A stretch of 64,000 bases of DNA from Eledone cirrhosa. Taxonomy: Eukaryota. The notes beneath the pieces are model-generated. The model was not told where the DNA came from. It did no database searches and was given only the letters and a program-made list of their open reading frames with translations. How positions within the stretch are numbered: position 1 is the stretch's first letter; every line of letters starts with the position of its first letter. Positions 51,601-62,415 of this stretch are shown here, in pieces. The position numbers were made by a program, and so were the translations under genes. Location of the stretch: the NCBI GenBank assembly GCA_964016885.1, contig OZ024743.1, positions 270,010,001 through 270,074,000 of the forward strand. The letters run 5' to 3'.

Positions 51601-54550
51601 TTGATGTTAGCGGTGTTGGTAGTAGTGTTTGAGGTGGTGTTGATGTTAGTGGTGTTGGTAGTAGTGTTTGAGATGGTGTTGATGTTAGTGGTGTTGGTAG
51701 TAGTGTTTGACGTGGTGTTGATGTTAGTGGTGTTGGTAGTAGTGTTTGAGGTGGTGTTGATGCTAGTGGTGTTGGTAGTAGTGTTTGAGGTGGTGTTGAT
51801 GTTAGCGGTGTTGGTAGTAGTGTTTGAGGTGGTGTTGATGTTCGTGGTGTTGGTAGTAGTGTTTGAGATGGTGTTGATGTTAGTGGTGTTGGTAGTAGTG
51901 TTTGACGTGGTGTTGATGTTAGTGGTGTTGGTAGTAGTGTTTGAGGTGGTGTTGATGCTAGTGGTGTTGGTAGTAGTGTTTGAGGTGGTGTTGATGTTAG
52001 CGGTGTTGGTAGTAGTGTTTGAGGTGGTGTTGATGTTAGTGGTGTTGGTAGTAGTGTTTGAGGTGGTGTTGATGTTCGTGGTGTTGGTAGTAGTGTTTGA
52101 CGTGGTGTTGATGTTAGTGGTGTTGGTAGTAGTGTTTGAGGTGGTGTTGATATTAGCGGTGTTGGTAGTAGTGCTTGAGGTGGTGTTGATGTAAGTGGTG
52201 TTGGTAGTAGTGTTTCAGGTGGTGTTGATATTAGCTGTGTTGGTAGTAGTGTTTGAGGTGGTGTTGATGTTAGCGGTGTTGGTAGTAGTGTTTGAGGTGG
52301 TGTTGATGTTAGCGGTGTTGGTAGTAGTGTTTGAGGAGGTGTTGATGTTAGCGGTGTTGGTAGAAGTGTTTGAGGTGGTGTTGATGTTAGTGGTGTTGGT
52401 AGTAGTGTTTGAGGTGGTGTTGATGTGAGCGGTGTTGGTAGTAGTGTTTGAGGTGGTGTTGATGTTAGTGGTGTTGGTAGTAGTGTTTGAGGAGGTGTTG
52501 ATGTTAGTGGTGTTGGTAGTAGTGTTTGAGGTGGTGTTGATGTTAGTGGTTTTGGTGGTAGTGTTTGAGGTGGTGTTGATGTTAGTGGTGTTGGTAGTAG
52601 TGTTTGAGGTGGTGTTGATGTTAGCGGTGTTGGTAGTAGTGTTTGAGGTGGTGTTGATGTTAGTGGTGTTGGTAGTAGTGTTTGAGGTGGTGTTGATGTT
52701 AGTGGTGTTGGTAGTAGTGTTTGAGGTGGTGTTGGTGGTAGTGTTTGAGGTGGTGATGATGTTAGCGGTGTTGGTAGTAGTGTTTGAGGTGGTGTTGATG
52801 TTTGTGGTGTTGGGGGTAGTGTTTGAGATGGTGTTGATGTAAGTGGTGTTGGTAGTAGTTTTTGAGGTGGTGTTGATGTTAGTGGTGTTGGCAGTAGTGT
52901 TTGGGGTGGTGTTGATGTTAGTGGTGTTGGTAGTAGTGTTTGAGGTGGTTTTGATGCTAGTGGTGTTGGCGGTAGTGTTTGGGGTGGTGTTGATGTTAGT
53001 GGTGTTGGTAGTAGTGTTTGAGGTGGTGTTGATGTTAGTTGCGTTGCTAGTAGTGTTTGAGGTGGTGTTGATGTTAGTGCTGTTGGTAGTAGTGTTTGAG
53101 GTGGTGTTGTTGTTAGTGGTGTTGGTAGTAGTGTTTGAGGTGGTGTTGATGTTAGTGGTATTGGTAGTAGTGTTTGAGGTGGTGTTGATGTTAGTGGTGT
53201 TGGTAGTAGTGTTTGCGGTGGTGTTTGTGTGAGAGGTGTTGGTAGTAGTGTTTGAGGTGGTGTTGATGTTAGTGGTTTTGGGGTAGTGTTTGGAGTGGTG
53301 TTGATGTTAGTGGTTTTGGGGTAGTGTTTGGAGTGGTGTTGATGTTAGTGGGGTTGGGGGTAGTGTTTGAGGTGGTGTTGATGTTAGCGGTGTTGGTAGT
53401 AGTGTTTGAAATGGTGTTGATGTTAGTGGTGTTGGTAGTAGTGTTTGAGGTTGTGTTGATGTTAGTGGTGTTGGTAGTAGTGTTTGAGGTGGTGTTGATG
53501 TTAGTGGTATTGGTAGTAGTGTTTGAGGTGGTGTTGATGTTAGTGGTGTTGGTAGTAGTGTTTGCGGTGGTGTTGGTGTGAGAGGTGTTGGTAGTAGTGT
53601 TTGAGGTGGTGTTGATGTTAGTGGAGTTGGTAGTAGTGTTTGAGGTGGTGTTGATGTTAGTGGTGTTGGTAGTAGTGTTTGAGGTGGTGTTGATGTTAGT
53701 GGTGTTGGTAGTAGTGTTTGAGGTGGTGTTGATGTTAGTGGTGTTGGTAGTAGTGTTTGAGGTGGTGTTGATGTTAGTGGTGTTGGCGGTAGTGTTTGGG
53801 GTGGTGTTTATGTTAGTGGTATTGGTGTAGTGTTTGAGGTGGTGTTGATGTTAGTGGTGTTGGTAGTAGCATTTGAGGTGGTGTTGATGTTAGTGGTGTT
53901 GGTAGTAGTGTTTGAGGTGGTGTTGAGGTTAGTGGTGTTGGCGGTAGTGTTTGGGGTGGTGTTGATGTTAGTGGTTTTGGGGTAGTGTTTGGAGTGGTGT
54001 TGATGTTAGTGGGGTTGGCGGTAGTGTTTGAGGTGGTGTTGATGTTAGCGGTGTTGGTAGTAGTGTTTGAAATGGTGTTGATGTTAGTGGTGTTGGTAGT
54101 AGTGTTTGAGGTTGTGTTGATGTTAGTGGTGTTGGTAGTAGTGTTTGAGGTGGTGTTGATGTTAGTGGTGTTGGTAGTAGTGTTTGAGGTGGTGTTGATG
54201 TTAGCGGTGTTGGTAGTAGTGTTTGAGGTGGTGTTGATGTTAATGGTGTTGGTAGTAGTGTTTGAGGAGGTGTTGATTTTAGTGGTGTTGGTAGTAGTGT
54301 TTGAGGTGGTGTTGATGTTAGTGGTGTTGGTAGTAGTGTTTGAGGTGGTGTTGATGTTAGCGGTGTTGGTAGTAGTGTTTGACGTGGTGTTGATGTTAGT
54401 GGTATGGGGTAGTGTTTGGAGTGGTGTTGATGTTAATGGTGTTGGTAGTAGTGTTTGAGGTGGTGTTGATGTTAGTGGTGTTGGTAGTAGTGTTTGAGGA
54501 GGTGTTGATGTTAGTGGTGTTGGTAGTAGTGTTTGAGGTGGTGTTGATGT
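48680..54550. repeat. Duplication with 3450-bp offset (about 48680-51100 vs 52075-54550; the offset differs slightly in the first 0.5 kb)
   Basis: ORF boundaries pair at 49393/52843, 49874/53324, 50135/53585, 50535/53985 and 50962/54412. Shared markers are ggttttggggtag, gaaatgg, agttgcgttgctag and gtagcattt. Confidence 0.92.
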
Positions 54551-55445
54551 TAGTTGCGTTGCTAGTAGTGTTTGAGGTGGTGTTGATGTTAGTGCTGTTG
54601 GTAGTAGTGTTTGAGGTGGTGTTGTTGTTAGTGGTGTTGGTAGTAGTGTTTGAGGTGGTGTTGATGTTAGTGGTATTGGTAGTAGTGTTTGAGGTGGTGT
54701 TGATGTTAGTGGTGTTGGTAGTAGTGTTTGCGGTGGTGTTGGTGTGAGAGGTGTTGGTAGTAGTGTTTGAGGTGGTGTTGATGTTAGTGGTTTTGGGGTA
54801 GTGTTTGGAGTGGTGTTGATGTTAGTGGTTTTGGGGTAGTGTTTGGAGTGGTGTTGATGTTAGTGGGGTTGGGGGTAGTGTTTGAGGTGGTGTTGATGTT
54901 AGCGGTGTTGGTAGTAGTGTTTGAAATGGTGTTGATGTTAGTGGTGTTGGTAGTAGTGTTTGAGGTTGTGTTGATGTTAGTGGTGTTGGTAGTAGTGTTT
55001 GAGGTGGTGTTGATGTTAGTGGTATTGGTAGTAGTGTTTGAGGTGGTGTTGATGTTAGTGGTGTTGGTAGTAGTGTTTGCGGTGGTGTTGGTGTGAGAGG
55101 TGTTGGTAGTAGTGTTTGAGGTGGTGTTGATGTTAGTGGAGTTGGTAGTAGTGTTTGAGGTGGTGTTGATGTTAGTGGTGTTGGTAGTAGTGTTTGAGGT
55201 GGTGTTGATGTTAGTGGTGTTGGTAGTAGTGTTTGAGGTGGTGTTGATGTTAGTGGTGTTGGTAGTAGTGTTTGAGGTGGTGTTGATGTTAGTGGTGTTG
55301 GCGGTAGTGTTTGGGGTGGTGTTTATGTTAGTGGTATTGGGGTAGTGTTTGAGGTGGTGTTGATGTTAGTGGTGTTGGTAGTAGCATTTGAGGTGGTGTT
55401 GATGTTAGTGGTGTTGGTAGTAGTTTTTGAGGTGGTGTTGAGGTT
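53035..55445. repeat. Partial duplication with 1515-bp offset (about 53035-53930 vs 54550-55445)
   Basis: ORF boundaries pair at 53324/54839, 53585/55100 and 53830/55345, with the same marker order. Confidence 0.88.
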
Positions 55446-57414
55446 AGTGGTGTTGGTAGTAGTGTTTGAGGTGGTGTTGATGTTAGTGGTGTTGGTAGTA
55501 GTGTTTGAGGTGGTGTTGATGTTAGTGGTGTTGGCAGTAGTGTTTGAGGTGGTGTTGATGTGAGCGGTGTTGGTAGTATTGTTTGAGGTGGTGTTGATGT
55601 TAGTGGTGTTGGTAGTAGTGTTTGAGGAGGTGTTGATGTTAGTGGTGTTGGGGGTAGTGTTTGAGGTGGTGTTGATGTTAGCGGTGTTGGTAGTAGTGTT
55701 TGAGGTGGTGTTGATGTTAGTGGTGTTGGTAGTAGTGTTTGAGATGGTGTTGATGTTAGTGGTGTTGGTAGTAGTGTTTGACGTGGTGTTGATGTTAGTG
55801 GTGTTGGTAGTAGTGTTTGAGGTGGTGTTGATGCTAGTGGTGTTGGTAGTAGTGTTTGAGGTGGTGTTGATGTTAGTGGTGTTGGTAGTAGTGTTTGAGG
55901 TGGTGTTGATGTTAGCGGTGTTGGTAGTAGTGTTTGAGGTGCTGTTGATGTTAGTGGTGTTGGTAGTAGTGTTTGAGGTGGTGTTGATGTTAGTGGTGTT
56001 GGTAGTAGTGTTTGAGGTGGTGTTGATGTTAGTGGTGTTGGTAGTAGTGTTTGAGGTGGTGTTGATGTTAGTGGTGTTGGTAGTAGTGTTTGAGGTGGTG
56101 TTGATGTTAGTGGTGTTGGTAGTAGTGTTTGAGGTGGTGTTGATGTTAGTGGTGTTGGTAGTAGTGTTTGAGGTGGTGTTGATGTTAGTGGTGTTGGTAG
56201 TAGTGTTTGAGGAGGTGTTGATGTTAGTGGTGTTGGTAGTAGTGTTTGAGGTGGTGTTGATGTTAGTGGTGTTGGTAGTAGTGTTTGAGGTGGTGTTGAC
56301 GTTAGTGGTGTTGGTAGTAGTGTTTGAGGTGGTGTTGATGTTAGTGGTGTTGGTAGTAGTGTTTGAGGTGGTGTTGATGTTAGTGGAGTTGGGGGTAGTG
56401 TTTGAGGTGGTGTTGATGTTAGTGGTGTTGGTAGTAGTGTTTGAGGTGGTGTTGATGTTAGTGGTGTTGGTAGTAGTGTTTGAGGTGGTGTTGATGTTAG
56501 TGGTGTTGGTAGTAGTGTTTGAGGTTGTGTTGATGTTAGCGGTGTTGGTAGTAGTGTTTGAGGTGGTGTTGATGTTAGCGGTGTTGGTAGTAGTGTTTGA
56601 GGTGGTGTTGATGTTAGTGGTGTTGGTAGTAGTGTTTGAGGTGGTGTTGATATTAGCGGTGTTGGTAGTAGTGCTTGAGGTGGTGTTGATGTAAGTGGTG
56701 TTGGTAGTAGTGTTTGAGGTGGTGTTGATATTAGCTGTGTTGGTAGTAGTGTTTGAGGTGGTGTTGATGTTAGCGGTGTTGGTAGTAGTGTTTGAGGTGG
56801 TGTTGATGTTAGTGGTGTTGGTAGTAGTGTTTGAGGTGGTGTTGATGTGAGCGGTGTTGGTAGTAGTGTTTGAGGTGGTGTTGATGTTAGTGGTGTTGGT
56901 AGTAGTGTTTGAGGAGGTGTTGATGTTAGTGGTGTTGGTAGTAGTGTTTGAGGTGGTGTTGATGTTAGTGGTGTTGGTGGTAGTGTTTGAGGTGGTGTTG
57001 ATGTTAGTGGTGTTGGTAGTAGTGTTTGAGGTGGTGTTGATGTTAGCGGTGTTGGTAGTAGTGTTTGAGGTGGTGTTGATGTTAGTGGTGTTGGCGGTAG
57101 TGTTTGAGGTGGTGGTGGTGTTAGTGGTGTTGGTAGTAGTGTTTGAGGTGGTGTTGATGTTAGTGGTGTTGGTAGTAGTGTTTGAGGTGGTGTTGATGTT
57201 AGTGGTGTTGGTAGTAGTGTTTGAGGAGGTGTTGACGTTAGTGGTGTTGGTAGTAGTGTTTGAGGTGGTGTTGATGTTTGTGGTGTTGGTAGTAGTGTTT
57301 GAGGAGGTGTTGATTTTAGTGGTGCTGGTAGTAGTGTTTGAGGTGGTGTTGATGTTAGTGGTGTTGGTAGTAGTGTTTGAGGTGGTGTTGATGTTAGCGG
57401 TGTTGGTAGTAGTG

Positions 57415-60400
57415 TTTGAGTGGTGTTGATATTAGCGGTGTTGGTAGTAGTGCTTGAGGTGGTGTTGATGTAAGTGGTGTTGGTAGTAGTGTTTCAGGTG
57501 GTGTTGATATTAGCTGTGTTGGTAGTAGTGTTTGAGGTGGTGTTGATGTTAGCAGTGTTGGTAGTAGTGTTTGAGGTGGTGTTGATGTTAGTGGTGTTGG
57601 TAGTAGTGTTTGAGGTGGTGTTGATATTAGCGGTGTTGGTAGTAGTGCTTGAGGTGGTGTTGATGTAAGTGGTGTTGGTAGTAGTGTTTCAGGTGGTGTT
57701 GATATTAGCTGTGTTGGTAGTAGTGTTTGAGGTGGTGTTGATGTTAGCGGTGTTGGTAGTAGTGTTTGAGGTGGTGTTGATGTTAGTGGTGTTGGTAGTA
57801 GTGTTTGAGGAGGTGTTGATGTTAGCGGTGTTGGTAGTAGTGTTTGAGGTGGTGTTGATGTTAGTGGTGTTGGTAGTAGTGTTTGAGGTGGTGTTGATGT
57901 GAGCGGTGTTGGTAGTAGTGTTTGAGGTGGTGTTGATGTTAGTGGTGTTGGTAGTAGTGTTTGAGGAGGTGTTGATGTTAGTGGTGTTGGTAGTAGTGTT
58001 TGAGGTGGTGTTGATGTTAGTGGTGTTGGTGGTAGTGTTTGAGGTGGTGTTGATGTTAGTGGTGTTGGTAGTAGTGTTTGAGGTGGTGTTGGTGGTAGTG
58101 TTTGAGGTGGTGTTGATGTTAGCGGTGTTGGTAGTAGTGTTTGAGGTGGTGTTGATGTTTGTGGTGTTGGGGGTAGTGTTTGAGATGGTGTTGATGTAAG
58201 TGGTGTTGGTAGTAGTGTTTGAGGTGGTGTTGATGTTAGTGGTGTTGGCAGTAGTGTTTGGGGTGGTGTTGATGTTAGTGGTGTTGGTAGTAGTGTTTGA
58301 GGTGGTTTTGATGCTAGTGGTGTTGGCGGTAGTGTTTGGGGTGGTGTTGATGTTAGTGGTGTTGGTAGTAGTGTTTGAGGTGGTGTTGATGTTAGTTGCG
58401 TTGCTAGTAGTGTTTGAGGTGGTGTTGATGTTAGTGGTGTTGGTAGTAGTGTTTGAGGTGGTGTTGTTGTTAGTGGTGTTGGTAGTAGTGTTTGAGGTGG
58501 TGTTGATGTTAGTGGTATTGGTAGTAGTGTTTGACGTGGTGTTGATGTTAGTGGTGTTGGTAGTAGTGTTTGCGGTGGTGTTAGTGTGAGAGGTCTTGGT
58601 AGTAGTGTTTGAGGTGGTGTTGATGTTAGTGGTGTTGGTAGTAGTGTTTGAGGTGCTGTTGATGTTAGTGGTGTTGGTAGTAGTGTTTGAGGTGGTGTTG
58701 ATGTTAGTGGTGTTGGTAGTAGTGTTTGAGGTGCTGTTGATGTTAGTGGTGTTGGTAGTAGTGTTTGAGGTGGTGTTGATGTTAGCGGTGTTGGTAGTAG
58801 TGTTTGAGGTGGTGTTGATGTTAATGGTGTTGGTAGTAGTGTTTGAGGAGGTGTTGATTTTAGTGGTGTTGGTAGTAGTGTTTGAGGTGGTGTTGATGTT
58901 AGTGGTGTTGGTAGTAGTGTTTGAGGTGGTGTTGATGTTAGCGGTGTTGGTAGTAGTGTTTGACGTGGTGTTGATGTTAGTGGTATGGGGTAGTGTTTGG
59001 AGTGGTGTTGATGTTAATGGTGTTGGTAGTAGTGTTTGAGGTGGTGTTGATGTTAGTGGTGTTGGTAGTAGTGTTTGAGGTGGTGTTGATGTTAGTGGTG
59101 TTGGTAGTAGTGTTTGAGGTGGTGTTGACGTTAGTGGTGTTGGTAGTAGTGTTTGAGGTGGTGTTGATGTTAGCGGTGTTGGTAGTAGTGTTTGAGGTGG
59201 TATTGATGTTAGCGGTGTTGGTAGTAGTGTTTGAGGTTGTGTTGATGTTAGCGGTGTTGGTAGTAGTGTTTGAGGTGGTGTTGATGTTAGCGGTGTTGGT
59301 AGTAGTGTTTGAGGTGGTGTTGATGTTAGTGGTGTTGGTAGTAGTGTTTGAGGTGGTGTTGATATTAGCGGTGTTGGTAGTAGTGCTTGAGGTGGTGTTG
59401 ATGTAAGTGGTGTTGGTAGTAGTGTTTGAGGTGGTGTTGATATTAGCTGTGTTGGTAGTAGTGTTTGAAGTGGTGTTGATGTTAGCGGTGTTGGTAGTAG
59501 TGTTTGAGGTGGTGTTGATGTTAGTGGTGTTGGTAGTAGTGTTTGAGGAGGTGTTGATGTTAGCGGTGTTGGTAGTAGTGTTTGAGGTGGTGTTGATGTT
59601 AGTGGTGTTGGTAGTAGTGTTTGAGGTGGTGTTGATGTGAGCGGTGTTGGTAGTAGTGTTTGAGGTGGTGTTGATGTTAGTGGTGTTGGTAGTAGTGTTT
59701 GAGGAGGTGTTGATGTTAGTGGTGTTGGTAGTAGTGTTTGAGGTGGTGTTGATGTTAGTGGTGTTGGTGGTAGTGTTTGAGGTGGTGTTGATGTTAGTGG
59801 TGTTGGTAGTAGTGTTTGAGGTGGTGTTGATGTTAGCGGTGTTGGTAGTAGTGTTTGAGGTGGTGTTGATGTTAGTGGTGTTGGCGGTAGTGTTTGAGGT
59901 GGTGGTGGTGTTAGTGGTGTTGGTAGTAGTGTTTGAGGTGGTGTTGATGTTAGTGGTGTTGGTAGTAGTGTTTGAGGTGGTGTTGATGTTAGTGGTGTTG
60001 GTAGTAGTGTTTGAGGAGGTGTTGATGTTAGTGGTGTTGGTAGTAGTGTTTGAGGTGGTGTTGATGTTAGTGGTGTTGGTAGTAGTGTTTGAGGTGGTGT
60101 TGACGTTAGTGGTGTTGGTAGTAGTGTTTGAGGTGGTGTTGATGTTAGTGGTGTTGGTAGTAGTGTGTTTGAGGAGGTGTTGATTTTAGTGGTGCTGGTA
60201 GTAGTGTTTGAGGTGGTGTTGATGTTAGTGGTGTTGGTAGTAGTGTTTGAGGTGGTGTTGATGTTAGCGGTGTTGGTAGTAGTGTTTGACGTGGTGTTGA
60301 TGTTAGTGGTATTGGGGTAGTGTTTGGAGTGGTGTTGATGTTAGTGGTGTTGGTAGTAGTGTTTGAGGTGGTGTTGATGTTAGTGGTGTTGGTAGTAGTG

Positions 60401-62415
60401 TTTGAGGAGGTGTTGATGTTAGTGGTGTTGGTAGTAGTGTTTGAGGTGGTGTTGATGTTACTGGTGTTGGTAGTAGTGTTTGAGGTGGTGTTGATGTTAG
60501 TGGTGTTGGTAGTAGTGTTTGAGGTGGCGTTGATGTTAGCGGTGTTGGTAGTAGTGTTTGAGGTGGTGTTGATGTTAGTGGTGTTGGTAGTAGTGTTTGA
60601 GTGGTGTTGATATTAGCGGTGTTGGTAGTAGTGCTTGAGGTGGTGTTGATGTAAGTGGTGTTGGTAGTAGTGTTTCAGGTGGTGTTGATATTAGCTGTGT
60701 TGGTAGTAGTGTTTGAGGTGGTGTTGATGTTAGCAGTGTTGGTAGTAGTGTTTGAGGTGGTGTTGATGTTAGTGGTGTTGGTAGTAGTGTTTGAGGTGGT
60801 GTTGATATTAGCGGTGTTGGTAGTAGTGCTTGAGGTGGTGTTGATGTAAGTGGTGTTGGTAGTAGTGTTTCAGGTGGTGTTGATATTAGCTGTGTTGGTA
60901 GTAGTGTTTGAGGTGGTGTTGATGTTAGCGGTGTTGGTAGTAGTGTTTGAGGTGGTGTTGATGTTAGTGGTGTTGGTAGTAGTGTTTGAGGAGGTGTTGA
61001 TGTTAGCGGTGTTGGTAGTAGTGTTTGAGGTGGTGTTGATGTTAGTGGTGTTGGTAGTAGTGTTTGAGGTGGTGTTGATGTGAGCGGTGTTGGTAGTAGT
61101 GTTTGAGGTGGTGTTGATGTTAGTGGTGTTGGTAGTAGTGTTTGAGGAGGTGTTGATGTTAGTGGTGTTGGTAGTAGTGTTTGAGGTGGTGTTGATGTTA
61201 GTGGTGTTGGTGGTAGTGTTTGAGGTGGTGTTGATGTTAGTGGTGTTGGTAGTAGTGTTTGAGGTGGTGTTGGTGGTAGTGTTTGAGGTGGTGTTGATGT
61301 TAGCGGTGTTGGTAGTAGTGTTTGAGGTGGTGTTGATGTTTGTGGTGTTGGGGGTAGTGTTTGAGATGGTGTTGATGTAAGTGGTGTTGGTAGTAGTGTT
61401 TGAGGTGGTGTTGATGTTAGTGGTGTTGGCAGTAGTGTTTGGGGTGGTGTTGATGTTAGTGGTGTTGGTAGTAGTGTTTGAGGTGGTTTTGATGCTAGTG
61501 GTGTTGGCGGTAGTGTTTGGGGTGGTGTTGATGTTAGTGGTGTTGGTAGTAGTGTTTGAGGTGGTGTTGATGTTAGTTGCGTTGCTAGTAGTGTTTGAGG
61601 TGGTGTTGATGTTAGTGCTGTTGGTAGTAGTGTTTGAGGTGGTGTTGTTGTTAGTGGTGTTGGTAGTAGTGTTTGAGGTGGTGTTGATGTTAGTGGTATT
61701 GGTAGTAGTGTTTGAGGTGGTGTTGATGTTAGTGGTGTTGGTAGTAGTGTTTGCGGTGGTGTTAGTGTGAGAGGTGTTGGTAGTAGTGTTTGAGGTGGTG
61801 TTGATGTTAGTGGTGTTGGTAGTAGTGTTTGAGGTGCTGTTGATGTTAGTGGTGTTGGTAGTAGTGTTTGAGGTGGTGTTGATGTTAGTGGTGTTGGTAG
61901 TAGTGTTTGAGGTGCTGTTGATGTTAGTGGTGTTGGTAGTAGTGTTTGAGGTGGTGTTGATGTTAGCGGTGTTGGTAGTAGTGTTTGAGGTGGTGTTGAT
62001 GTTAATGGTGTTGGTAGTAGTGTTTGAGGAGGTGTTGATTTTAGTGGTGTTGGTAGTAGTGTTTGAGGTGGTGTTGATGTTAGTGGTGTTGGTAGTAGTG
62101 TTTGAGGTGGTGTTGATGTTAGCGGTGTTGGTAGTAGTGTTTGACGTGGTGTTGATGTTAGTGGTATGGGGTAGTGTTTGGAGTGGTGTTGATGTTAATG
62201 GTGTTGGTAGTAGTGTTTGAGGTGGTGTTGATGTTAGTGGTGTTGGTAGTAGTGTTTGAGGTGGTGTTGATGTTAGTGGTGTTGGTAGTAGTGTTTGAGG
62301 TGGTGTTGACGTTAGTGGTGTTGGTAGTAGTGTTTGAGGTGGTGTTGATGTTAGCGGTGTTGGTAGTAGTGTTTGAGGTGGTATTGATGTTAGCGGTGTT
62401 GGTAGTAGTGTTTGA
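57415..62415. repeat. Duplication with 3181-bp offset (about 57415-59235 vs 60596-62415)
   Basis: ORF boundaries pair at 57474/60655, 57669/60850, 57906/61087, 58200/61381 and 59039/62220. A shared 1-bp deletion (tttgagtggtg) lies at about 57420/60601. Confidence 0.92.

Noticed and set aside
240-60320. Programmed frameshifting or phase variation at the G4/G5 run
   Set aside because: There is no gene context. The run lengths are linked to fixed neighbouring substitutions, consistent with inherited duplication rather than switching.
3-62220. Many + strand Val/Leu-rich ORFs resembling membrane proteins
   Set aside because: All are the same stop-free frame of the 39-bp monomer. Their starts are arbitrary GTG/TTG/ATG codons, their ends coincide with repeat variants, and they have no unique domain.
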